Shown here one piece after another: positions 9,903-19,621 of a DNA stretch of 64,000 nucleotides. The stretch is from NCBI GenBank assembly GCA_965205485.1, contig OZ242180.1, positions 896,001-960,000 on the forward strand, given 5' to 3'. Numbering within the stretch: the first letter of the stretch is position 1; each line of letters starts with the position of its first letter. Under the pieces are notes generated by a model. It did no database searches and had not been told where the DNA came from. It saw only the letters and a program-made list of their open reading frames with translations. The translations under genes were made by a program, and so were the position numbers. The DNA is from Candidatus Latescibacterota bacterium. Its GTDB lineage: Bacteria; Latescibacterota; UBA2968; GCA-2709665.

Positions 9903-10355
9903 TCAGGTCTCCTGGATCGCGTAGGTGAGGACGTCAACAACCTGTTCGGGCGTTTCCGCCACCGCCAGCGCCGCCGAGTCGACTTCCTTGAGCGCGTGGG
10001 CGATGCCTGCGTCGTGTATCACAATTATCGGTTTGCCCAGGGCCGCGGCGAAGCCGGCGTCGAACGCCGCGTTCCACTGCCGGTAATTGCCTCCGAAACG
10101 CACGACCACGACGTCGGCGTCGCCAATGAGCGTCCGGGTCCGGATGGCATTGATCTTCGCGCCCTTGTGGTCCTTCCAGAACGAGGATTCCTCGGGGCCC
10201 AGGATATCCACGCCGCAGTTGTCGCTGGCGGTGTGGTCGGTGACCGGCGCCGTGAAGGAGACCGGAAGCCCGGCTTCCTCCGCGGCACTTACGATCCGGT
10301 CCCGCCAGTCGCTGTGGATTTCCCCGGCCAGGTACACCTTCCACCGCTTCGACAT
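9903..10355 (-). CDS. YtoQ family protein (nucleoside 2-deoxyribosyltransferase-like)
   Basis: VYLAGEIHSDWR, WKDHKGAKINAIRTRTLI, YRQWNAAFDAG, HALKEVD signatures. Confidence 0.88.
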   Translation of the reverse strand: MSKRWKVYLAGEIHSDWRDRIVSAAEEAGLPVSFTAPVTDHTASDNCGVDILGPEESSFWKDHKGAKINAIRTRTLIGDADVVVVRFGGNYRQWNAAFDAGFAAALGKPIIVIHDAGIAHALKEVDSAALAVAETPEQVVDVLTYAIQET

Positions 10356-10371
10356 TCTCCGGACTCCTGTT

Positions 10372-10676
10372 ATTACGGGGAGCGTTAAATGGTTGACGCT
10401 ACCAGCCTTAATTCGAAAGAAAACAACCGTAAATTTACCACAAAAAGCACAAAAGACACAGAAGGACCCAAAGCCAACCCGGGTGATGATACGCCAACCT
10501 TCCGGATGGAATCCGGGCGTTGTTCGTTACCCCCACTCGGTCGGTCACAGAATACAACCCTTCCCATTTTGTGTTTTTGTGCCTTTTGTGGCTATTGCTT
10601 TTGGTGGAACAATGGCTAAAAGAAGCACATAAGGCACAGAAGGATAATTACGGGTAGCGTCAAATAGTTGACGCTA
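10372..10676. repeat. Composite intergenic element: two 30-nt REP-like palindromic direct repeats enclosing inverted CACAAAA arrays
   Basis: attacggggagcgttaaatggttgacgcta (10372-10401) vs attacgggtagcgtcaaatagttgacgcta (10647-10676); 10438-10465 is inverted relative to 10567-10591. Confidence 0.75.
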
Positions 10677-10857
10677 TTGGTCGGCGAGGTATCGTACACA
10701 TGTAACCTGAGAACAGCGCTTTTTACCAAAAGTGGCAAATGATCGACGTCTATGCCCCGTACGTCGGAATACGCGCATCCCGGCTCTGAATCGGCCCGGT
10801 TCGCAGGCTGCATACGTCGCGTTTACTTGCACAACTGTGGAACGACGGCCCCTTCGC

Positions 10858-11988
10858 TCAGTCCTTCACGACCCGGGTATGCGTGTACTGGTTTGAGTAG
10901 TTTCTCATATTTCCCGTAGCGTAGACCTGCTTGATGGCCGTAGCCGGGAGCCAATGGATAAACCAGTTGTTGTAGACATCGCAGATATCCCGCGGTATGC
11001 CCCGGATGACCACCGCTTCGACGTCGACGGCGAGAAACGTGTTGTGGTGGATGAGAATGACGTTCCCGGCAATGTCCGTTCCGTCTTCGCGGTCTCTGCC
11101 GCCGTGCATATCGAAGCTGTGGCTGTTGGCATTCTCCAGAACCATGTTGTATCTGGCTTCGTAGCTGGTGTTCGGCCTGCCCGTGCCCGCGATGTGGTGC
11201 CGGCACCAGTCGAACAGGTTGGCTTCGATGAGCGCTTCGGAATTGTCCATCACCACGCCGTAGCCGAGGCCGTGGCGCTGATTGTGGTGGATATAGTTGT
11301 GGTGGATGTGGTTGTCCGTGGAATTCCTCCGGAGGAAAATCGCGCCGTGGCTCCAGCCCCAGAGTTCGCAGTTGTCCACCTTCAGCCTCGGTTGGAAGGT
11401 CTCGATGGCCCTGGAGTTGGGTATGCTGTAGAACCGACCCTCCCTCAGGAGCTGCGTCATCTGTTCGGTGCGCCTCATCGAGTCCGGTCCCTCCAGCCTG
11501 AGGCCGGTCAGGCGAACGTCCGGACCGATGGCGACAAACAATGGCGCGGTATCCAGCTGTTCCGAAAAAATAAGGCCGCCGTCGGAATCGGGCTTGCCCC
11601 GGCCGCTGGCCAGCGTGACGCCCGCCCGGATCTCGATGTCCGTATCCCCGGTCAGGTCCACCCTCGCGGTATCCGCCAGGTAGACCACCTGCCCGCCCGT
11701 CGCCTGCTTGAGCGCATCCAGCAACTCCGACCGGCTGGTGACGAAGTAGTCATACTCCTCAACCAGTTGATCGTATCCCTCGCCGCCGCCGATGGGATTG
11801 CCGGTGGGGTTCGAGTCGGCCCCGAACTTGTCGTCCGATAGCAGGGCGCGGTTGCTCAGGTCCCGTCCGCCCGTCGTCGTTTCGGTGGGCTGCGGTTCGG
11901 GCGCAGGGGGCGTTTCCTCTCCGCCGCAGGAAGGGACGAGAAACAGCAATGCGAGAATGGCAAGCAGCTTGTAAACGGATGTTGACAA
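10858..11988 (-). CDS. Right-handed parallel beta-helix (pectin lyase-like) lipoprotein, paralog 1
   Basis: Lipobox LVPS-C, Pro/Glu linker, beta-helix repeats (NHIHHNYIHHN, IEANLF, IHHNTF). Confidence 0.75.
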   Translation of the reverse strand: MSTSVYKLLAILALLFLVPSCGGEETPPAPEPQPTETTTGGRDLSNRALLSDDKFGADSNPTGNPIGGGEGYDQLVEEYDYFVTSRSELLDALKQATGGQVVYLADTARVDLTGDTDIEIRAGVTLASGRGKPDSDGGLIFSEQLDTAPLFVAIGPDVRLTGLRLEGPDSMRRTEQMTQLLREGRFYSIPNSRAIETFQPRLKVDNCELWGWSHGAIFLRRNSTDNHIHHNYIHHNQRHGLGYGVVMDNSEALIEANLFDWCRHHIAGTGRPNTSYEARYNMVLENANSHSFDMHGGRDREDGTDIAGNVILIHHNTFLAVDVEAVVIRGIPRDICDVYNNWFIHWLPATAIKQVYATGNMRNYSNQYTHTRVVKD

Positions 11989-12067
11989 TGTTGGACCTCA
12001 TCCCGTGGCGAAAATCGACACGCTCACCATCGCGTATCTCTTCAGCAGACCGTCAATCGCAACTTTC

Positions 12068-13201
12068 TCAGTCCTTGGCGACCCGATCGTTGGTGTACTG
12101 GTTTGAGTAGTGGCGGACGTTGCCCTTGGCGTTGGTCTGTTTGACGGCGACGCTCGGGACAAAGTGGATGAACCAGTTGTTGTAGATGTCGCAGTATTCC
12201 TCGGGAACGCCCCGGATGACGACGGCCGCCACGTCGATGGCCAGAAACGTGTTGTGATGGATGGTAATGACCGTCCCGGCGACGTCCGTACCGTCGCCCC
12301 GGTCCCTGCCGCCGTGCATGTCGAAGCTGTGGCTGTTGGCGTTTTCCAGGACGAGGTTGTAACGGGCCTCGTAGCTCGTTCCGGGCCGACCCGTACCGGC
12401 GATGTGGTGCCGGCCCCAGTCGAACAGGTTGGCTTCGATCAGCGCTTCCGATTGGTCCATCACCACGCCGTATCCCAGACCGTGGCGCTGGTTGTGGTGG
12501 AAATAGTTGTGGTGAACGTGGTTGTCGGTGGAATTGGCCCTCAGGAAAATCGCGCCGTGGCTCCAGCCGAAGAGTTCACAGTTGTCCACTTCCAGGCGGG
12601 ATTCGAAGGTCTCGATGCCCCTGGAGTTGGGGATGCTGTAGTACCGTCCTTCCGCGCTGAGTTGCCTCATTTGCTCAGTGCGCCTCATCGTGTCCGGGCC
12701 CTCCAGCCGGAGTCCGGTAACGCGCACGCCGGGACCGGTGGCGACAAAGAGCGGAATCGTCTCCAGTTCCTTTGAGTAAACCAGGCCACCCTCGGTATCG
12801 GGCTTGCCCCGTCCGCTGGCCAGCGTGACGCCGCCAGCGATCTCGATGTTCTGGTCGCCCGTAAGGTCCACCCTCGAGGTGTCAGCCAGATACACGACTT
12901 CGCCGCTGGTCGCCTGCTCGAGCGCATCCAGCAACTCAGCGCGATTAGCGACGAAGTAGTCGTATTCCACGACCAGTCGGTCGTAACCTTCACCCCCGCC
13001 AATGGGATTGCCCGTGGGGTTCGAGTCGGCGCCGAACGTGCTGTCCGACAGCAGGGGCCTGGGTTGCCGGGGCGTGTTATCCGTGGTCTCGGCGGGCGCG
13101 GGCTCCGGCGCCGGGGCGGGGGGTTTTTCCTCCCCGCCGCAGGCCGCAAGGAGAATCAGTACGCCGAGACAGGAGAGCAGCTTGCACAACGTTGTTGGCA
13201 T
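12068..13201 (-). CDS. Right-handed parallel beta-helix lipoprotein, paralog 2
   Basis: Start re-called at ATG 13201 (GAGG RBS; MPTTLCKLLSCLGVLILLAA-C lipobox); long stretches identical to 10858-11988. Confidence 0.75.
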   Translation of the reverse strand: MPTTLCKLLSCLGVLILLAACGGEEKPPAPAPEPAPAETTDNTPRQPRPLLSDSTFGADSNPTGNPIGGGEGYDRLVVEYDYFVANRAELLDALEQATSGEVVYLADTSRVDLTGDQNIEIAGGVTLASGRGKPDTEGGLVYSKELETIPLFVATGPGVRVTGLRLEGPDTMRRTEQMRQLSAEGRYYSIPNSRGIETFESRLEVDNCELFGWSHGAIFLRANSTDNHVHHNYFHHNQRHGLGYGVVMDQSEALIEANLFDWGRHHIAGTGRPGTSYEARYNLVLENANSHSFDMHGGRDRGDGTDVAGTVITIHHNTFLAIDVAAVVIRGVPEEYCDIYNNWFIHFVPSVAVKQTNAKGNVRHYSNQYTNDRVAKD

Positions 13202-13223
13202 AGACACCTCGCGTACACAACTC

Positions 13224-13358
13224 CCGGTAAGTGGGTATACGGGAGACGTTAGACGGTAGAAGAAATCCGTGCCCGTTATGTTATTCTTCCTTGCCTCCGG
13301 CACGAGAAGAAACCTAACAAGGCAGACTATCTCTCCCCTCTCCCGTCTTGCGTCTAAC
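13224..13358. repeat. ~135-nt structured intergenic repeat, copy 2
   Basis: Aligns with 616-750; lies ~20 nt upstream of the 13201 start codon. Confidence 0.85.
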
Positions 13359-13426
13359 GGATTCAAGTCTCCATTCTCGATAACCGGCCCCGCAACGCGC
13401 GATTGGAGTCCCGATCGGAATGCTGT

Positions 13427-14796
13427 TTAATACAGATCTTCCCGCGTCGTTATCGGACACCACCTGGCCGTGTTGAGATGGTCCAGGAGGATGTTGAGCG
13501 CATCGGGCGTGCCGATATACTGAAGCGCAACCGCGGCGTGCCCGGAGGCATAGCGGTTCTCGTCCTGCAGGGCTTCACTCAGCGCGGGGATGGCGGATTC
13601 GCCGTCGGCTCCAAAACGCGCCAGGGCATACGCCGCGGTGTAGCGGACCTGGCCGTCGTCGTCTTTCAGCGCGTTCGCCAATGCGGGCACGGACACGTCC
13701 GGATTGCCGGCGATGGTACCCAGGGCCTCGGCCGCGTGGTGACGCACCCATTCCGATGGATCGTTCAACGTGTTCGAGAGAGCGGAAACGGCCTCGGCGG
13801 CGGCCGGGCCCGCGTCGCCCAGCGCGAAGGCGGCATGGCCGCGCACTCTCTCATCGTCATGACCAAGCGCAACCTTGAGTTCGGGTACGGCGGGCTCTCC
13901 AATTGCGCCCAGCGCGTAGGCGGCGTTGAGTTTGACGTCGTCGTCCTCGGCCTGAAGGGCCCGGCAGAGGGGACCGACAGCCGGCTCTCCGGTTGCGGAC
14001 AGTTCGTAGCCGCGTTAAGCCGGGCATGTTCGTCGCCGTCTTGAAGCGTACGGGAGAGCGCGTCCACGTTGCCGGCGTGTCCGTTGGCGTTCGACCCGCG
14101 CGACCACTCCCAGATGCTGTTCCAGACAAACGGGTGCCTGTCGCCCACGTCCGTGTTGCTCCAGGCCTCGTCGGTGTGGTTCCACTCCGGCTGCGTGGGC
14201 TCGGACATGCGGGTAAACTGGAATTTCATCATATACCGTCTCATGTCCACCTGGTTGGGCATGGCCCGATGCCAGATGTCGAAGTGGACAATTGCGATCG
14301 TTCCGGCTTCGCCACACACGGAAACTCCGGCGTCGTCCGGATCTTCGAGGCGGTCCATGTAGCAATGCGTGTGGGGAATGACCCCCGTCGGTCCGTTGAT
14401 CAATTCCACGTCCTGGGGATAATAGAAGGCCATCGCCCACCGGTTGCGGTGATAACGCAGCTTGTAATACCCCCAATAGCTGTCCTTGTGCCATCCTCCG
14501 CCCTGGCCGTTGGGCTTGTTGAAATGACAGTGCCGGTGGATGTGCATCGCGTGGTCGTGCCCGAGGATGGACGAAAAGGCGCCGTGGACTTCCGGCTGGT
14601 CGAAAACGGTCTGGATTTCGGGAATGCGCGGCAGCACGTTGTTGCCGGGGTTGCCTTCCTTCATGAAGACTTCATCGGTCTTCCGGTAGATTTCTTCGTG
14701 GAACTCGGGCGGGAGGTCCACCTTGATCGTTATAAACCCATTCGCGATGAATTCCTGCATTTTCCGGTCGTCGAGGAGGTATTTCGGGTCCGGCAT
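13427..14796 (-). pseudogene. Phytanoyl-CoA dioxygenase (PhyH) family protein fused to HEAT/PBS-lyase repeats; single frameshift near 14009 (possibly a sequencing error)
   Basis: WHKDS and WHRA Fe ligands. Restoring one base at gc[c]tac gives LNAAYELSATGEPAV...LNAAYALGAIGEPAV..., in frame with HEAT ORF 13427-13846. Confidence 0.75.
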
Positions 14797-15008
14797 GGCT
14801 CAATTCTCCGTAAGGATGGTGAACAGGGGCAGGGCGTGTTCGCTTTCTTGCGCCTCAACAACGAAAAATTACGGATATGGTATATAGGCGTCAAGGGATT
14901 ATTCTTCGGCAGGCGGCGGGCAGCCTCGTGGCGAATGGAATCTGCAGGACTGCTTTTCGTTTCCGCGCAATAACTGTTGCTTTTTCAAGCGATCTGGCGA
15001 ATTTATAC

Positions 15009-15035
15009 TGAACCTCCCGGACGATAACCGTGTCT
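15009..15035 (+). promoter_or_regulatory. Putative ECF sigma autoregulatory promoter (TGAACC-N17-GTCT)
   Basis: tgaacc tcccggacgataaccgt gtct upstream of the ECF gene; matches the general ECF -35 GAAC / -10 GTC pattern. Confidence 0.55.
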
Positions 15036-15090
15036 TGCAGGGTGTGAGTCCGGGTACACAAAGCTTCTTCTGCCGATTCCGGGTAAAAAA

Positions 15091-15723
15091 GTGTTATCCG
15101 CAGAACTTCAAAATCAACTCACGATACCGATTCCTCAGCGCGCCGATACGCCGGAGTCCCGAATGCCCCAGGAACGGTTCCTGATCCAGCAGTGTCTCTC
15201 GGGAAATCAGGACGCGTTCCGGAGGTTGATCGAACCCCACCAGGACTTCGTTTTCCGCGTTGCGCTCGCGGTTCTGGGCAGCCGGGAGGAGGCGGAAGAG
15301 GCCGCTCAGGATGCGTTCGTTCGCGCTTACAGGGGGCTGGGTTCGTTTTCAGGGAAGGTTCCGTTTCAGGCGTGGATGTACCGCATTGCGGTTCGGACCG
15401 CCCTGAACGTGCGCAGGCGGAGGCGACGGCGCCTGTTCGAGCGACTGACGCCGCCCGCCTGGTTCGGTGGACTGGCGTCGTCGGATACAGAAGCGCCCGA
15501 CGCCCTGTTTGCGAAACGGGACGCGCGGGTTCGGCTTCGTGCGATAATCAACAGGTTACCCGCGAAACTCCACGAGGTTGTGGTTTTGAGCTATCTGCAG
15601 GAACTTGCCAGCAGGGAGATTGCGGAAATACTGAACATCCCTGAAGGCACGGTCAAGTCCCGGCTCCATCGGGCGCGGGAAAAACTGCATAAGGAGATCG
15701 AAAGGCAGGGTCTGCTGGATTGA
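15091..15723 (+). CDS. ECF-type RNA polymerase sigma factor
   Basis: Region 2 EAEEAAQDAFVRAY...FQAWMYRIA; region 4 EIAEILNIPEGTVKSRLHRAR. Alternative start at ATG 15163. Confidence 0.93.
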   Translation: MLSAELQNQLTIPIPQRADTPESRMPQERFLIQQCLSGNQDAFRRLIEPHQDFVFRVALAVLGSREEAEEAAQDAFVRAYRGLGSFSGKVPFQAWMYRIAVRTALNVRRRRRRRLFERLTPPAWFGGLASSDTEAPDALFAKRDARVRLRAIINRLPAKLHEVVVLSYLQELASREIAEILNIPEGTVKSRLHRAREKLHKEIERQGLLD

Positions 15724-15747
15724 CCGAAACGAAAGAGGGTTGAAAAC

Positions 15748-16221
15748 ATGCCGAATCTGGAATGTCGCGAGACAAGGAAGCGAATGCACAGCTATCTGGA
15801 CGGCGATTTATCGCCGACGGAAGAAGAGGCTATGCGTACACACGTTGCGCGGTGCGGGGACTGCGCGCCCGCGTTCGAGCGGCTGCAGCAAAGCGAGAAC
15901 ACGGTACGGGGCCATTTTGCGGAGACCGTCGCGAATGAGACGGCGCCAGCCGGGCTTTGGGATGGTTTGTCGGAACGGTTGCGTACCAGGCCGGGGCGGG
16001 TTCCATGGCGCCTCCAGGACCTCATCGAGAGGATACCCCGTGGGGTGCTTGCGCCGGTTGCGGTGGCCGCGGTGCTGATGCTTGCGGTCTGGGGAATGGA
16101 GGTGTATGAAACCAACCCACCGCCGGGAAACGGAAGAACGGCGCCGGTGCGGAAGGAACTTGCACAGATCAAGGCGTCAATCCTGGACATGGAAGCCGAA
16201 CTGGAGCAACAGTGGAGATAG
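15748..16221 (+). CDS. Zinc-finger (zf-HC2/ZAS) transmembrane anti-sigma factor
   Basis: C..TRKRMHSYLDGDLS, HVARCGDC (HxxxCxxC), one TM helix; immediately follows the sigma gene. Confidence 0.88.
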   Translation: MPNLECRETRKRMHSYLDGDLSPTEEEAMRTHVARCGDCAPAFERLQQSENTVRGHFAETVANETAPAGLWDGLSERLRTRPGRVPWRLQDLIERIPRGVLAPVAVAAVLMLAVWGMEVYETNPPPGNGRTAPVRKELAQIKASILDMEAELEQQWR

Positions 16222-16226
16222 CGGCT

Positions 16227-19200
16227 ATGCGACACGCGATTTCAGTCGTCCTGGGCTTTGCGTTATTGGCAGGCACGCATTCAGCCCGCGGGGATACGGT
16301 GGACGTGCAGATACAGGGAATGGCGGGACCGGTGGACAGCGTCCATCTGAAGTGGGACGGAAGGCGGTCTGTTCCGACGGAAATGACTGTGCCCGAGACA
16401 CCGTCCACCACGGGCGACTTCAGGGAGATGCTCAAGGACCTGCGTATCCGGAACCGCAAGTCGCTTCTGGAGCTCAAGCGGGACGTCGACGCGATGAACG
16501 TTGCGCTGGAAGCGGGCTCTGTCGGCGCCGACGAGACGCGGTTGCTTCTCGCCGACATCCGTATGCGCCGCATAGACGCGCGGGTGAGCCTGAACCTGAT
16601 GGGCTTTATGAACCGCGTCGCGCAGGATGAGGATCTGTCCGGATTGTGGGGCGACCCCGTGCGCCTGTTCAGCCCGGCGACGGCGACGCCCAACATCCTG
16701 ATCGTGAATCGCACCCGGGGACAATTGGCGGCGGACGTCTGGGACGCCGATACCATTCGCGTGGTGTATGTTCCCGCGTTCTCCGGTTTTGCGAAGGAGG
16801 CCATGCCGGACGAGAATATGCTGGAGAAAACGGCGAACGTGAATGCGGATGTCTCCGTACATAGCGCCGCGGCGGTAGCCGTGGCGACCGAGGGGCTCGA
16901 TGAAGCCCGGGGCGGGGGCATCTCCGGGTCGATAACCGTGGTCTCGGTCTCGGATCCCACCGGGATGTACGCGCCGCCCGGGGCGCCCGCGGATGACCCG
17001 CCCGCGCGCGGGATGGTGGTCTTTCCGTCCACGATGGTGCCGCGCCCCGAACGGCTGTTGCTGGATCGCGCGGAGCCCGTGGCAATTCGGGACATGGAAG
17101 GCGTCCACGTGGTCCATCTCGTCGACAGCGACATGCTGCTGGAGCGCCTGAAGGCCGCGCCGCGGAAGCGGACCGCAGCTTTCGAGCGGACGACGGGCTT
17201 TGAAGAGGGATACTGGGCGCAACGCGGCGTGCTGCCCGATCCGGCAATGCGCAAGCCGGGTTCTTCCGGGCCCGGTGTCGCCAGACGCACGGCGCCTCCC
17301 GCGGCGCTGGTAACGGACCCCCGGGGACCGGCGGCATTCAACCAGGGTGTCGGGCTGCTGGTTGCCGGCAAATACGATGAGGCGAAGCAGCGGTTCGAAG
17401 ATGCGATCTCCGAAGACGATGGGTACGCGCCTTCCTATGTGGGGCTGGGCAGGGCATATATGGAGCAGGGCGCCGGGGAAGACGCGGAATACTATCTGAA
17501 AAAAGCGTTGAAGCGGTCGCCCGGGTCTCCTTCGGCGTTAAAGGCGCTCAGCGACGTGGCGATGCGGGGCGAGGACTGGGGGGACCAGAAGAAATGGACG
17601 GGAGAGATTCTGGCCCGGGATCCGCAAAACCCGGAAGCGCTCTACAGGCGGGCGATCGCCTACCGGGAATCCGGCAAGCACAAAGGGACGGTCGCCCGCT
17701 GGCTGGACTGGCGGCGGTCGGAAAGGCACTTCAGACAACTTCTGGATACAGCGCCGCGATACAGGGACGCGTTGTATCAGTTTGCGGTGCTCAGACGATA
17801 TGACAAGGCGTTTGTCGAGGCGGTTCGCCTGGGTGAAAGTCAGGTGCGGATCAAGCCGGATGAATTCAAACACCGGCGCAGGCTGCGGCGTCTGTACCTA
17901 TATTTCCTGGACAATAAGGATCCGAAGGACGCATTGAAATGGCTGCGCAGGCATGGTACCGAATACGCGCGATACTTCGAGGGCGAAGCCCTGCGACTCG
18001 CCGGACGGACGGCGCGCGCCGACACGGTCCTGCGGTCCTGGCTGGCGTCGGACCCGTCTCTGAGCGAAATACCGGCCTATCTTTCTCTGGCGCGCATCGC
18101 GTACGGAAGCGATGACGTCGAGACCGGAGAATCCCATTACAACAAGGCCGTGGAAAGCATCCGGGACTCGCTGGACGCGCAGCTGATGTACGAAGACGTC
18201 AAATATGTCGTAACCGTTGAGGAAATGGATGCGTTTTCCAAACTCGAAACGCCGGAGGCCTATCGCGAGTTCTTCCGTAAGCTCTGGGTGAGCCGGGACC
18301 CCACCCCCGCCGTGTCTCCGAACGTGCGCCTGGCGGAGCACTACCGGCGGATCCTGTATGCCGAACGGTATTACATTTACGATGGATTTCGCACCTGGTT
18401 CTACGACCCGGACCAGGGCGACGACATTCCTTATCCGACTACGGTTGAATTGAATGACAGGTTCAACGATCCGGGTCTGATATATATACGTCACGGCCGC
18501 CCGTCGGATACGCAGAAGTTCTCCATGGCCGAAGTCTGGCACTACTGGAAGACGGATGCATTTCAGAAGATGGTGTTCAATTTCGTCGCAACGCCCAGCA
18601 GTATGGGCTCCAACTGGCGTCTTGTGGAGTCCCTTTCCGGTTCGGGGAACTATGGACGGCGCCTCAGGTGGGAGAATGAGAAACTCAGGCGCGAAGTGCA
18701 CCGGTCCGTGGAGACGGGGCTGCAGACAGATCGGCATACCTGGGAGGACGACGTGGATGATCTCGATTACGAGTCCTACCTGGCGTACTTCAAGGGCGAA
18801 GGGGGCAGGGGCGACGTCGAGCTGTATTACGGAATGCCATTCAAGGCATTGAAGAAGGACTACAGCCAGTTGTCAGATACGACGGCAATCTACGAATACG
18901 GGCTGGCGCTGCACGACCTGCAATGGAACCGGTACGAAAACCTGACCGGGCACGTGCGTAAATCCCACGTCGAACGGTCGCGTTACAAGGACCGGAGCTT
19001 CGGCGTACTCCGGTTTTCCGCCGACCCCGATTCAGGCCACGCGGCGTTTTTCCTCAGACCCTCACGGGAAAATCTCCTTGGCGGATGGAAGCAGGACCTG
19101 CGAATACCGGAATTCTCGAAGACCGAACTGGATATGAGCAGCGTCGTGCCGGCGCATGTGATCCGGGCCGGCGTTGAGGGATCCCATGGGTTCAATCTTC

Positions 19201-19562
19201 GAGGAATCCAGGCCGTACCGAATCCCTCGCTCAGGTTCTCACGCAGGGATCCGGTGTACATCTATTTCGAGCTTTACAATCTGACGCCGGACGAACGCGG
19301 CACGACGTCGTTCGAGGTCTCGTACGGGTTGACCCGGCTGAAGAGGAAGGGAATCAAGCGGCTGCTCAGGATCTTCGGCAGCGGCGAAAAGCCCGCCACC
19401 ACCGTCACGGTGGAGCGACTCGGCGATTCTCCCGATACCCGGGAATCTCTGGCGCTGGACCTGAACAAGGCCGGCTCAGGTGAGTTTCTGCTGAAGGTAA
19501 CGGTCCGCGACATTCACGCGGGCACGGAGCGTGATCGGTCGGTGGAACTGGTTTTGGAATAG
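16227..19562 (+). CDS. Large exported TPR + GWxTD-domain protein (#1) with extra N-terminal modules
   Basis: Signal peptide from ATG 16227; TPRs; FFRKLWVSRDPTP...NVRLAEHYRRILYA...NDPGLIYIRHGRP; C-terminal VYIYFELYNL Ig-like domain. Confidence 0.75.
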   Translation: MRHAISVVLGFALLAGTHSARGDTVDVQIQGMAGPVDSVHLKWDGRRSVPTEMTVPETPSTTGDFREMLKDLRIRNRKSLLELKRDVDAMNVALEAGSVGADETRLLLADIRMRRIDARVSLNLMGFMNRVAQDEDLSGLWGDPVRLFSPATATPNILIVNRTRGQLAADVWDADTIRVVYVPAFSGFAKEAMPDENMLEKTANVNADVSVHSAAAVAVATEGLDEARGGGISGSITVVSVSDPTGMYAPPGAPADDPPARGMVVFPSTMVPRPERLLLDRAEPVAIRDMEGVHVVHLVDSDMLLERLKAAPRKRTAAFERTTGFEEGYWAQRGVLPDPAMRKPGSSGPGVARRTAPPAALVTDPRGPAAFNQGVGLLVAGKYDEAKQRFEDAISEDDGYAPSYVGLGRAYMEQGAGEDAEYYLKKALKRSPGSPSALKALSDVAMRGEDWGDQKKWTGEILARDPQNPEALYRRAIAYRESGKHKGTVARWLDWRRSERHFRQLLDTAPRYRDALYQFAVLRRYDKAFVEAVRLGESQVRIKPDEFKHRRRLRRLYLYFLDNKDPKDALKWLRRHGTEYARYFEGEALRLAGRTARADTVLRSWLASDPSLSEIPAYLSLARIAYGSDDVETGESHYNKAVESIRDSLDAQLMYEDVKYVVTVEEMDAFSKLETPEAYREFFRKLWVSRDPTPAVSPNVRLAEHYRRILYAERYYIYDGFRTWFYDPDQGDDIPYPTTVELNDRFNDPGLIYIRHGRPSDTQKFSMAEVWHYWKTDAFQKMVFNFVATPSSMGSNWRLVESLSGSGNYGRRLRWENEKLRREVHRSVETGLQTDRHTWEDDVDDLDYESYLAYFKGEGGRGDVELYYGMPFKALKKDYSQLSDTTAIYEYGLALHDLQWNRYENLTGHVRKSHVERSRYKDRSFGVLRFSADPDSGHAAFFLRPSRENLLGGWKQDLRIPEFSKTELDMSSVVPAHVIRAGVEGSHGFNLRGIQAVPNPSLRFSRRDPVYIYFELYNLTPDERGTTSFEVSYGLTRLKRKGIKRLLRIFGSGEKPATTVTVERLGDSPDTRESLALDLNKAGSGEFLLKVTVRDIHAGTERDRSVELVLE

Positions 19563-19621
19563 GAGCACCTGAAACGGCTCCAGATTACAGCAAGAACTGT
19601 TTAACTCCTGGAGGTTCCAAA

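Noticed and set aside
10389..10632. Small ORFs with KSTKDTE/FCAFCG repeats (also 62576-63019)
   Set aside because: Translations of the non-coding 9-mer repeat element.
10372..10676. Possible CRISPR array (30-nt palindromic direct repeats)
   Set aside because: Only two repeats, ~245 nt apart, and no cas genes.
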